Below, piece after piece: positions 1 to 7,873 of a stretch of DNA of 32,000 nucleotides. Numbering within the stretch: position 1 is the stretch's first letter; each line of letters begins with the position of its first letter. The position numbers and the translations under genes are program-made. Below the pieces are notes generated by a model, which was not told the origin of the DNA, searched no databases, and saw nothing but the letters and a program-made list of their open reading frames with translations. The stretch covers positions 1,290,001 through 1,322,000 of the forward strand of contig JALDRA010000001.1 in the NCBI GenBank assembly GCA_031316235.1, read 5' to 3'. The stretch is from Candidatus Scalindua sp. Its GTDB lineage: Bacteria; Planctomycetota; Brocadiia; Brocadiales; Scalinduaceae.

Positions 1-88
1 CAGTAAGCTTTTAATCAAAAATTAGTAGCCGAACTGGTGATAACCTTATATTTTAACCCCTTTACCGTAATCAAAACTGAGAGGTACA

Positions 89-910
89 TTGTTGTTTTTT
101 AAAAGAAAAAGAAATATGCCCGATGGTTTGTGGACAAGATGCGAGGGATGCAAGAGTGTGGTCTACAAAAAGAAGGTGGAAGAAAAACTCTCCGTCTGTC
201 CTGAGTGTAATTTCCACTTCAGGATCCCCACATCTGAACGGATAAAGATTATGCTCGACGAAGGGAGTTTTGAAGAATACTGGAAAGATATGTCACCTGT
301 TGACCCCCTGAACTTTAAAGACCGCATCAGTTATAAAGACAGGGTGAAAATGGAAAAGAAAAAAACCGGTTTAAATGAAGCTGCCACAGCCGGGAAGGGA
401 ACGATTGAAGGAAAGGAAGTCATCTTTGTTGTAACCGATCCAAGTTTTATCATGGGGAGTATGGGATCTGTTGTTGGAGAGAAGATAGCTAGGGCGGCTG
501 AAAAGGCACTGGAACTAAGATTACCGATTATTATTGTCTCCGGTTCCGGAGGTGGCGCAAGAATGCACGAAGGGGCCTTCTCTCTTATGCAGATGGCAAA
601 GACCAGCTTTGTGCTGTCTCGATTACATGAAGCAGGCATTCTCTTCGTCTCAATACTAACCGATCCCACACTCGGTGGTGTAATGGCAAGTTATGCATCA
701 CAGGCAGACATAATAGTTGGTGAACCCGGCGCTCTTGTAGGATTTGCAGGGCCAAGGGTAATAAGGGAAACCATAAAGAAAACTCTACCAAAGGGGTTTC
801 AGACAACAGAATTCATGCTTGAACACGGTTTCATTGATATGATAATTGAGAGAGGCAGGCTGAAGCAGGAGCTTTCAAAAATTTTAGAATTTTGCGATAG
901 TGTGCACTGA
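89..910 (+). CDS. accD: acetyl-CoA carboxylase carboxyltransferase beta subunit
   Basis: 273-aa ORF. N-terminal four-Cys zinc ribbon (CEGC...CPEC) typical of AccD, and a carboxyltransferase core with GSGGGARMHEG. GAGAGG lies 4 nt upstream of the TTG at 89; an alternative ATG is at 116. Confidence 0.9.
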   Translation: MLFFKRKRNMPDGLWTRCEGCKSVVYKKKVEEKLSVCPECNFHFRIPTSERIKIMLDEGSFEEYWKDMSPVDPLNFKDRISYKDRVKMEKKKTGLNEAATAGKGTIEGKEVIFVVTDPSFIMGSMGSVVGEKIARAAEKALELRLPIIIVSGSGGGARMHEGAFSLMQMAKTSFVLSRLHEAGILFVSILTDPTLGGVMASYASQADIIVGEPGALVGFAGPRVIRETIKKTLPKGFQTTEFMLEHGFIDMIIERGRLKQELSKILEFCDSVH

Positions 911-1114
911 ACATATGAGAGAAATATCCGTATGTGAATGTCCTCGATTTACATAAAAATACCGCTTCCCCGCCAACATGGTCTACAAAGAACAGATGGC
1001 ATGAAAAAAAATGCGGAAATAATCAAAGTATTTATGTTTACGGGTTGAAAAATCTAAAATATCATGGTATATATAGTTCACATTCAGGAGAGAAAAAGAA
1101 AAACGAGAATATTT

Positions 1115-1189
1115 TCCCCGGTAGCTCAATGGTAGAGTGGGTGGCTGTTAACCACTAGGCTGTAGGTTCGAATCCTACCCGGGGAGCCA
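1115..1189 (+). tRNA. tRNA-Asn (anticodon GTT), CCA encoded
   Basis: Hand-folded cloverleaf. Acceptor stem TCCCCGG/CCGGGGA, D arm GCTC-AATGGTA-GAGT, anticodon arm GGTGG-CTGTTAA-CCACT (GTT), 5-nt variable loop, T arm GTAGG-TTCGAAT-CCTAC, discriminator G, then CCA. Confidence 0.92.
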
Positions 1190-1196
1190 CATTAGA

Positions 1197-1233
1197 CGGA
1201 CAGGGTCAAAAAGCTCTGTCCGCTCTTTATTTT
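1197..1233 (+). terminator. rho-independent terminator after tRNA-Asn
   Basis: Stem CGGACAG (1197-1203) pairs with CTGTCCG (1216-1222) and is followed by the T-rich tail CTCTTTATTTT. Confidence 0.6.
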
Positions 1234-1235
1234 CA

Positions 1236-1463
1236 TACACTTGTCTCGGTTCTAACCTTAAATAATCCTCTTCTAGTTTGGGATAATATCTCATCCTGTC
1301 TTAGACCGGTATTTAGGGTAAAAACTACTATTTCATAGATCCAGTCAGGACAATTTGCAAGAAGCCTCTTCTCATCGTCCTGGGTTAACCATCTGTCACG
1401 CTCGTTATTCTCTTCCTCTTTTCTTATTTTACGAAAAGGCTTATCCTTGAGCCATTCCCATTC
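1236..1463 (-). pseudogene. tyrosine recombinase (phage-type integrase) fragment
   Basis: Minus-strand frame with no start codon reads EWEWLKDKPFRKIRKEEENNERDRWLTQDDEKRLLANCPDWIYEIVVFTLNTGLRQDEILSQ. This matches the junction into the integrase catalytic domain, including the first catalytic Arg in the TGLR motif. Only about 76 codons survive, bounded by in-frame stops, and the sequence after ILSQ diverges as if frameshifted. Confidence 0.6.
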
Positions 1464-1501
1464 TTAAATAGCTAAACTGAAAGCTTTTAAGAGGAGTCTG
1501 A

Positions 1502-2362
1502 TCATTGCAGGCAATCCAGTTTTGCCCAGTTTACCGAGAGGCCGTCTGTTGAAGTATCACTGGCAAAGCCAAACCCTACCCTGCCTGATGCAAGAGAGGT
1601 GTCGTGGCCACTCCAGACAAGTCTGCCGTTAATAAAAAACGTCAAGCTGTCACCGTGTGCAACGACCCGCAGTATATTCGAATTATGTTCGTTTGTGTTT
1701 ATGGCAGATGATAACGTCCAGCCCTGAAGCTCTTTGGTGACTCCACCTAGAGTCTTATATATGGAATATTTACCTGAATTTCTGATCTGAAACGAATAGG
1801 AGTTAGCCGGTTTGCCATTACTCATAACGGCTCCGCTTGCCCTCACTAAAAGACGGATAACTTTATTATTCCCAATTGAACCTCGTTTTAATTCTGCACT
1901 GAAATCAAAGTTTGAATAGATAGCGTTATAAGTGGATGTTGATGACTTGTTACTCACACCATCTGTATGATAATAATCAGACCAGCAACTATCATCACTT
2001 CCACGTCCACAACCATCGTCATCAACTCTCCAGGTACCGGAATCACGAATCCAGTCTGGCGCATTATCATTGTCGGACCAGTATTCTTCAAAGCCAGCAC
2101 ATCCACCACCTCCACAAGCCGTATATTGGAAATAAGCAGATTTCCAGGTACCTTCCGATTTATACCAGAGCCGCAGATAAACCGTGCTCCCATCTTCTGG
2201 TATTCCAGTTACGGTGCAGGATGTAAGTCCTCCCATATCTCTGTCAAGAATATCATTTTCTCCCTGCATGGTCCCCACATGCAGCCACCACTGACTTACT
2301 GCGGTTCCGTTGTCTGTCCAGTGAAAGGTCACATCACCACAATTTAATGTCGAATTAAGCAT
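1502..2362 (-). CDS. C-terminal portion of a secreted repeat protein (third ~90-aa Cys/Trp domain plus a concanavalin-A-like/LamG jelly-roll); probably the 3' half of a frameshifted gene
   Basis: 286-aa ORF with no signal peptide. Its N-terminus (LNCGDVTFHWTDNG...GIPEDGSTVYLRLWYKSEGTW) is a third copy of a domain present twice in the upstream ORF. The C-terminal ~170 aa (LRVVAHGDSLTFFINGRLVW...GRVGFGF) look lectin/glucanase-like. It overlaps ORF 2344..3825 by 19 nt in another frame. Confidence 0.6.
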   Translation of the reverse strand: MLNSTLNCGDVTFHWTDNGTAVSQWWLHVGTMQGENDILDRDMGGLTSCTVTGIPEDGSTVYLRLWYKSEGTWKSAYFQYTACGGGGCAGFEEYWSDNDNAPDWIRDSGTWRVDDDGCGRGSDDSCWSDYYHTDGVSNKSSTSTYNAIYSNFDFSAELKRGSIGNNKVIRLLVRASGAVMSNGKPANSYSFQIRNSGKYSIYKTLGGVTKELQGWTLSSAINTNEHNSNILRVVAHGDSLTFFINGRLVWSGHDTSLASGRVGFGFASDTSTDGLSVNWAKLDCLQ

Positions 2363-3825
2363 TGGATGGTAATCTCAGGGTGACCAACTCCACAATTTAG
2401 TGAATAACCATAGTCCTTATATTGCCATGAATCACTACCCTCTTTATACCATAAGCGCACATACAACGTTCCATTGGAAGGAATATTATCTACTGTCTGG
2501 CAGCCGCCTGTCACTGATCCGGCGAATATATCACCATATGGGGATTTAGCGATCGACGCCTGGCTTGACCCTACTCCGAGCCAGTATTTGGACCCGCTGC
2601 ACTCATTCCAGCAAAATTGCTGACTCGCATTACAGATTCGTGAGCCTGGTGCCGGGCTCACTATCTCTTGTTCACATCCATTTATTTGTGTATGATACGC
2701 GTAATCAGCATGCTCCCATATATCACCAATTCTCCACCATAATCGAGCATGCACCATATTCCCATCTAACGGTATCCCCGTTACTGGCTGCGTTGTGTTC
2801 AACCCTGCCGATGCGGAGAAGATGTCTCCCCATGGAACACGCTCAAATGATTCCCGGCTTGTCCCTACTGAAAACCAAAACTGGTCAATTCCAATGTCAA
2901 TGCCAGAACACCAATTAAAGGTAACCGTATCTGTCCTTAGTGTTACCCCCGGTGCTGGATGTATAATCTGTGGACTGTCATCCAGGGGTACACTGTAGAG
3001 TTCATATACATCAAGCCTATCCTGGTCTGCCAGGTAGACGACCCGGCTCCTGTCCCGGCTGATCTCGAAGTTCCTATAAACATCGCCGCCGCTGACCAGG
3101 CTGCTGTTTAGCTTGATCGGGCTGGTGCTCCCATCAAGCGGCACACTGTAGAGCTCAGATACATTATCCGTATCCTGGTCTCCCCGGTAGACGACCCGGT
3201 TGCTGTCCGGGCTGATCTCGAAGTCCCAATAAACATCGCCCCCGTTTACCAGGCTGCCATTGAGCTTGATCGGGCTGGTGCTCCCATCAAGCGGCACACT
3301 GTAGAGCTCAGATACATTATCCGTATCCTGGTCTCCCCGGTAGACGACCCGGTTGCTGTCCCGGCTGATCTCGAAGTCCCAATAAACATCTCCCCCGTTT
3401 ACCAGGCTGCCATTGAGCTTGATCGGGCTGGCGCTCCCATCCAGGGGCACGCTGTAGAGCTCATATACATCAACCGTATCCTGATGTCCCCGGTAGACGA
3501 CCCAGCTGCTGTCCGGGCTGATCTCGAAGTCATAAACATCGCCCCCGTTTACCAGGCTGCCATTGAGCTTGATCGGGCTGGTGCTTCCATCCAGGGGTAC
3601 ACTGTAGAGTTCATATACATCAAGCCTATCCTGGTCTGCCAGGTAGACGACCCGGCTGCTGTCCCGGCTGATCTCGAAGTCCCAATAAACATCGCCCCCG
3701 TTTACCAGGCTGCCATTGAGCTTGATCGGGCTGGCGGCCCGGGCTTGTTTATGTGTCGAATATAATCCAAACATTAAGAGAAGAATTCCTGCAATCATTA
3801 AGAGCCGTGTTAATTTTGCTTTCAT
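2344..3825 (-). CDS. secreted beta-propeller-like tandem-repeat protein (N-terminal portion)
   Basis: 493-aa ORF with a signal/anchor (MKAKLTRLLMIAGILLLMFGL). Five 50-51-aa repeats follow (SPIKLNGSLVNGGDVYWDFEISxDSxRVVY...ELYSVPLDGS, PD40/TolB-blade flavour). Two ~90-aa domains come next, ending ...GIPLDGNMVHARLWW and ...IPSNGTLYVRLWYK. Confidence 0.75.
   Translation of the reverse strand: MKAKLTRLLMIAGILLLMFGLYSTHKQARAASPIKLNGSLVNGGDVYWDFEISRDSSRVVYLADQDRLDVYELYSVPLDGSTSPIKLNGSLVNGGDVYDFEISPDSSWVVYRGHQDTVDVYELYSVPLDGSASPIKLNGSLVNGGDVYWDFEISRDSNRVVYRGDQDTDNVSELYSVPLDGSTSPIKLNGSLVNGGDVYWDFEISPDSNRVVYRGDQDTDNVSELYSVPLDGSTSPIKLNSSLVSGGDVYRNFEISRDRSRVVYLADQDRLDVYELYSVPLDDSPQIIHPAPGVTLRTDTVTFNWCSGIDIGIDQFWFSVGTSRESFERVPWGDIFSASAGLNTTQPVTGIPLDGNMVHARLWWRIGDIWEHADYAYHTQINGCEQEIVSPAPGSRICNASQQFCWNECSGSKYWLGVGSSQASIAKSPYGDIFAGSVTGGCQTVDNIPSNGTLYVRLWYKEGSDSWQYKDYGYSLNCGVGHPEITIQCLIRH
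2971..3732 (-). repeat. in-frame tandem repeat, 5 units of 153 bp (one unit of 150 bp)
   Basis: Codons 32-285 of ORF 2344..3825. Units 3 and 4 are nearly identical at nucleotide level (offset 153 bp, e.g. 3121 vs 3274). Units 1 and 5 share an identical stretch of at least 57 nt (3600 vs 2991). Confidence 0.95.
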
Positions 3826-3858
3826 TTTTTTCTCCCTATTTATTCAACTTTATTATAA

Positions 3859-4416
3859 GGCCTGTTCACTTGACTGGCCACCCGCCTGCATGTAACACAT
3901 ACTATATGGGCTATGGAAAAATATCCCCGTCCCCAGATAGCGTTTGAGAAACAGTTCTCTGCGGATGCCCAATGCCGTAATTACCTTTTTCACACACGAT
4001 CGACAGAGAGTTTTTACTGACCTCGTTGTGGGGGCACCAGGGCATGGACAGGTGCAGAACCCTGTTTAAATGTCCCAGTTGTTCTTACAAGGTCATCATC
4101 ATAAAGACACCGTTATGAGAAAACGTAAAGAGTCGGCCTCTCCTCTTTCTTGCCACGTGTTCACAGCGTCGCTTCTTTACACAAAAGTGCTTGCGGGGCA
4201 CCTGTCACGGAGCTGCCAGGAATACTATCCCGATGAATTTACTTTTCGCTTTTACCGACGAACATCACGAGTCAGAGGGATGCTTTTTTATGGATTGTTA
4301 CAGCAACCCGTATTAATTGAAGGGCCTTCATTTAATACTATGGTTTCAGACCGGAGACGTCCCAAAATCAAGTGAAACACAACATATAGGGGGTAGTCCA
4401 GTCACGTGAATAGACC
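3859..4416 (+). mobile_element. internally deleted IS1595-family element (MITE-like derivative) with terminal inverted repeats
   Basis: Left end GGCCTGTTCACTTGACTGGCCACCCGCCT (3859-3887) matches the reverse complement of 4388-4416 (GGTCTATTCACGTGACTGGACTACCCCCT) at 22/29 positions by hand count. A broken transposase reading frame lies between the ends. No matching 8-bp target duplication was seen. Confidence 0.65.
3913..4375 (+). pseudogene. IS1595-family (ISXO2-like) transposase remnant, DDE core deleted
   Basis: ATG at 3913 opens MEKYPRPQIAFEKQFSADAQCRNYLFHTRSTESFY*PRCGG, the N-terminal zinc-ribbon region with an in-frame stop. A frameshift leads to LFKCPSCSYKV. ORF 4070..4375 ends ...YYPDEFTFRFYRRTSRVRGMLFYGLLQQ, the conserved C-terminal YLDEFxFRFNRR...LF..LL motif. 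Total about 460 nt versus about 950 nt for an intact gene. Confidence 0.6.
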
Positions 4417-5035
4417 ATTTAACTGTTTGTGGTAGTAACGCTGCTTTTTAAGATATCGTTCAAGCCCCTGCACCTCATGTGCTCTGATAGTCTAAAGCAC
4501 GACCTTATCGGATTCTGATAACTAAATCCAGTTTGTATTTAATCTTATACAAATATATATTGTATTTGTCAATATGACAAACTATGACAGTGAGCGTAAT
4601 TCTGTCTGTGTTTTACTGAAATGCAAAACAGATGTGTTGAGACCAAAGAGTACTTGGAGTTTCTAATTATCGAAAGAATAGAGAAAAACCATACCATTGA
4701 CTATGAACCGTGGCATTATAACCAGGGTTCAGATTGCTGTAGCGGGAAACAAATCATGTCCTGATGGCTGCAGGTTCGTTCGAGAAGGGATTGTGGCAGC
4801 AACTCATGTTTGAAATAATTGCAAAATAGAGATATCGGTACTCGTCAATACATAATGCAGACAGGCATCATTATCATTATACACTCCTATGAAACAATGA
4901 CTTATTGCTTTGCAATTTCTCACTTTTTGCATTGTTTTCCTCTCTTTTTTTCATTAGAATAACTCCACTGTGTTTATTTTAACCGCTGAGTATCTGAAGG
5001 AGCGGATTCCGGAAAGAGAATAAAGGAGTATCACT

Positions 5036-5326
5036 ATGAGTGTAAAAAAAGACTATCTTCATAAATTAGAAGTAGAGATAAGTGAATGGGATAAGAAAAT
5101 TAACGAGCTGACGGTTCTGGCTGATAAGGCCAAACCTGAGGACAAGGCAGAAGCCATTGAACATATTGAACACTTGAAGGCAAAGCAAGATCTTGTCAGG
5201 AAGAAACAGGAAGAATTGCAGCAGGCTCACGAAAGCATATGGGAAGGCTTAAAGGACGGTATCGACAGTATTTTCGATGATATGTTAAGTTATTCTGAGA
5301 CACTATTTTCAAAATTCAAAGATTAG
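5036..5326 (+). CDS. small coiled-coil protein, function unknown
   Basis: 96-aa ORF preceded by AAGGAG 7 nt upstream. Charged heptad-like sequence (KLEVEISEWDKKINELTVLADKAKPEDKAEAIEHIEHLKAKQ). Confidence 0.6.
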   Translation: MSVKKDYLHKLEVEISEWDKKINELTVLADKAKPEDKAEAIEHIEHLKAKQDLVRKKQEELQQAHESIWEGLKDGIDSIFDDMLSYSETLFSKFKD

Positions 5327-5451
5327 AAAGTAAGAATTCTAACCGTTTTCAACTCCCACTAATGGAGTTTCTCTCAACAGTGGGGATCTGAAGATGCTTC
5401 TGCCCATATCCCTGGGAGTATTGTCTATCGCTGCTGTCTCTCAAGCGAAGA

Positions 5452-5564
5452 CATACTAAAACCGATTGGGTTTTAGCTTTTTCTAAAAATCAAAGCCTGA
5501 CTCCTGGTAGACCCGCTCCGTTTTTTCCCGGATTTTATCCGAAATCCAGTATGAGATGAGTATA
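5452..5564 (+). repeat. family-1 intergenic element, copy A (variant central module)
   Basis: CATACTAAAACCGATTGGG...CGGATTTTATCCGAAATCCAGTATGAGATGAGTATA. It shares both ends with copies B, C and E. The central hairpin is replaced by TTTTAG-CTTTTT-CTAAAA. Confidence 0.9.
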
Positions 5565-5631
5565 CAGTTAATTTATCTGTCCCCTGAGAGGGCAAATGTG
5601 GAAATGATACGAGATCTGTTTCATACTGAGC

Positions 5632-6855
5632 ATGCCTGCCTTGTTCGAACGGAATCCAGGCTGTATATGCCACGCTCCGCTCCTTCTGACCAGAGATATC
5701 CGCATTCAGGAGACTCCTGAACCCTTAGCAGGAAAAATTAAGATAATGCTCAATTTAGATTCATTCAAAGACTCTGATTGCGATCTGCTTATACAAAAGG
5801 TAGCAAGGAAGTTTGCACCGATTTTTCTTAATAGCGGCTATACAAATGAAGACAAGAGAGCTGTCTACAGGTATTTCTTCTCACAAAAACCCAGAAAATT
5901 ACCCCCGTCATTAAAAAACCGATTAATTAATCTTTATGATCCCCTTGCTGACAGGACAAAAAGATTTCCCGATGGACTGCGTTTCTGTCTAAACGTATAC
6001 GTTGGGTGTGAACACGCCTGTAAGTACTGTTATGTAAACGGATATTCTCAGGAATCGGTATGGCACTCTCCTCATGCAAAATCTGATTTCAGGAAAAACC
6101 TTGTCAAAGATATGAATGAGTGTAAGAATTTCTCAGTTCCTGCCGCACCGCTTCATCTGAGCAATTCAACAGATATATGCCAGGAAGCCCTGGAAACAAA
6201 GTACCGTAATACATTATTTGCACTTGATAAAATATCAGAATTCAGAAGCCTCTTCAGCTCAGTGGTTCTTTTAACAAAGAACCCGAAAATACTCTGTGGC
6301 CGGGAGTATCTGTCACTGCTCAGCATGCAGTCAATGAAACCCATCGTTGTGCAGGTAACCTGCGCTTTCTGGCGTGATGAAGTGAGGAAATTTTATGAAC
6401 CGGATGCGCCATCTGTTGCGAACCGATTACAGTCAATAAAATTTCTGATAGAGAACGGCATTGATATCGAAATGCGAATAGATCCGCTTTTTCCATCATC
6501 TGAAATTGAGTACGAAGCGAGAAGTCACAGACCATTGGGTGATTATTCACTTCCTGAAGCACAATCTCGTGATGACTTGATCCATCTGGTTCAGTCTGCA
6601 AAGGAGTCTGGCATTAAAACCATTATCGGTAAACCGCTGAAAATACCCGTCTCAAATCAGGCCGAAAAAGCCAAGAATATGTTTGGAGAACTCTTCCGTG
6701 AATCATTTCCTGGCAGGAACAGAACCGTACAGGGCGGTTCATGGAGATTGCCGGAGAAATATCAGCGATCAATACTTTTATCAGCTGCTGCTATCTGTAA
6801 AGGAGAAGGAATACGATTCAAATTCTGTAAACATGATGTCTTAACAAGGAGGTAA
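5632..6855 (+). CDS. radical SAM protein, COG1533/SplB (spore-photoproduct-lyase-like) family
   Basis: CEHACKYCY (CX3CX2C) cluster motif. Family-typical blocks HLSNSTDICQ, VLLTKNPKIL and YEPDAPSVANRLQSIKFLIENGIDIEMRIDPLFP. The real start may be the ATG at 5746 (MLNLDSF). Confidence 0.8.
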   Translation: MPALFERNPGCICHAPLLLTRDIRIQETPEPLAGKIKIMLNLDSFKDSDCDLLIQKVARKFAPIFLNSGYTNEDKRAVYRYFFSQKPRKLPPSLKNRLINLYDPLADRTKRFPDGLRFCLNVYVGCEHACKYCYVNGYSQESVWHSPHAKSDFRKNLVKDMNECKNFSVPAAPLHLSNSTDICQEALETKYRNTLFALDKISEFRSLFSSVVLLTKNPKILCGREYLSLLSMQSMKPIVVQVTCAFWRDEVRKFYEPDAPSVANRLQSIKFLIENGIDIEMRIDPLFPSSEIEYEARSHRPLGDYSLPEAQSRDDLIHLVQSAKESGIKTIIGKPLKIPVSNQAEKAKNMFGELFRESFPGRNRTVQGGSWRLPEKYQRSILLSAAAICKGEGIRFKFCKHDVLTRR

Positions 6856-7030
6856 ACTATTTCCAGGTGTCTCTCGGCAATTTTTTGGGTGGGAGAGCTT
6901 TTAACGGTTACTGAAACGGTGTTCTGTATGCGGGGTCACTCCCGATATCTCAAGACATTCCATTTTTTTATCTCCTATCAGTAGTGTCCGGTCAGATTTT
7001 TGCAGAGGCGGCTTTTGTCATACCTGAACG

Positions 7031-7110
7031 TTTTATCGGGTATCCAGCGCCCTGTTCATCCTGGATTACCGATAAACACAAGCCTGCCCGAACAGGTACA
7101 GGCGGGCGGG
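7031..7110 (-). repeat. family-2 repeat, copy 1
   Basis: The reverse complement aligns without gaps to 30414-30491 (hand count 60/80 identical). Contains the hairpin TTTATCGGGTATCCAG ... CTGGATTACCGATAAA. Confidence 0.7.
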
Positions 7111-7158
7111 AATGAAAGTTTTGAGGCAACAAATTAAGAAAAAAATTAAGGAAAAACC

Positions 7159-7187
7159 TTGAACTTTAACAATAATTTATCTAATCT
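7159..7187 (+). promoter_or_regulatory. candidate sigma-70 promoter for the cytochrome/FeS/NrfD cluster
   Basis: TTGAAC (7159-7164), a 17-nt spacer, then TAATCT (7182-7187), 54 nt upstream of the ATG at 7241. Pattern match only. Confidence 0.25.
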
Positions 7188-7240
7188 GAGAGTATAAAAA
7201 CAGATTCTTATTTCCCTGTTCAGGTTTTAAGAGTCCAGGC

Positions 7241-7873
7241 ATGAAAAAATTGGAATCCACCATGTACTATCTATCTCTCTGCCAAATGAATAGGGTAACC
7301 GTATACAGAATTTCTTTTCTGTGTTCCTTTTTTTGGATAGTGTCTCTCTCTCAATCCATCTCCTTTGCTCAGGACAAGAGTAATTCCATCGAGGCCTGTA
7401 AAGGTTTGGTTGATTATACCCCCGTGCAGGGGTATCTTCGTCGTTTGAAATTACGCCGAGGGGAACTTTTCGAATACTCCTGTAATGAATGCCACCGAAT
7501 GTTTGGTACCGTTGCAAGGAGGAAATCCCGAATAGCCGAGCATGTGGACCTCGTGCTGAATCACGGCAGCAACGATAACTGCCTGAACTGCCATCATAAG
7601 ACCAATCGGGATGCCTATGTAACAAACGACGGCAAAGAGATACCTTCTGACAGGCCGGCAGAACTCTGCTCCAGATGTCATGGTATGGTATATGGAGACT
7701 GGAAAGTCGGCGCCCACGGCCGGACCAGCGGTTCATGGAATAGAACAGAAAAAGGATGGCATTCACTTGTCTGCATAGAATGCCATAACCCTCATGATCC
7801 TGAGTTCCCGCAACTTGTTCCCATGTCAGCCCCTGCTCTACCGGGCAGAAAAGCAGAAAAGGAGACTCATTGA
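7241..7873 (+). CDS. tetrahaem c-type cytochrome, secreted or membrane-anchored
   Basis: Four CXXCH motifs (CNECH, CLNCH, CSRCH, CIECH). Hydrophobic N-terminus (ISFLCSFFWIVSLSQSISFAQD); the start could be an internal Met (e.g. 7286). The stop overlaps the next start (TGAATG). Confidence 0.85.
   Translation: MKKLESTMYYLSLCQMNRVTVYRISFLCSFFWIVSLSQSISFAQDKSNSIEACKGLVDYTPVQGYLRRLKLRRGELFEYSCNECHRMFGTVARRKSRIAEHVDLVLNHGSNDNCLNCHHKTNRDAYVTNDGKEIPSDRPAELCSRCHGMVYGDWKVGAHGRTSGSWNRTEKGWHSLVCIECHNPHDPEFPQLVPMSAPALPGRKAEKETH

Noticed and set aside
934-1158. 74-aa ORF overlapping the 5' half of tRNA-Asn.
   Set aside because: It overlaps a well-folded tRNA gene, has low-complexity content and no RBS.
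2971-3732. Regular 153-bp periodicity considered as a possible CRISPR-like or satellite array.
   Set aside because: The repeats are contiguous with no unique spacers, are in frame within a long ORF and encode a coherent protein repeat. No cas genes are present.
4621-4767. 48-codon ORF MQNRCVETKEYLEFLIIERIEKNHTIDYEPWHYNQGSDCCSGKQIMS in the long non-coding region.
   Set aside because: No RBS, no recognisable motif, too short to score. Left uncalled.
4767-4779. GGCTGCAGGTTCG resembles GGCTGTAGGTTCG in the variable-loop/T-stem region of tRNA-Asn (12/13); considered as a distal att repeat of the putative island.
   Set aside because: The match stops before the T-loop and acceptor 3' end, which an att repeat should include. 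A 13-mer with one mismatch is expected by chance at roughly this frequency when scanning the whole tRNA 3' half against both strands.
5473-5673. ORFs running through the family-1 repeat copies: 5473..5673(-), 13791..14027(-), 13804..14313(-), 21854..22054(-), 25431..25646(-), 27881..28066(-). They share peptides such as YSSHTGFRIKSEIKLS and ISYWISDKIRDKIERVYLHQDL.
   Set aside because: The shared peptides come from translating the same non-coding repeat in two frames. Reading frames are not preserved outside the repeat. The short copy D2 deletes 28 nt (not a multiple of 3), and no RBS or start context is conserved.
7227-7766. 179-aa minus-strand ORF (and 7451..7717) antisense to the tetrahaem cytochrome gene.
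   Set aside because: The plus-strand frame carries four CXXCH motifs, a signal peptide and translational coupling to the next gene. The antisense ORF is a shadow frame.
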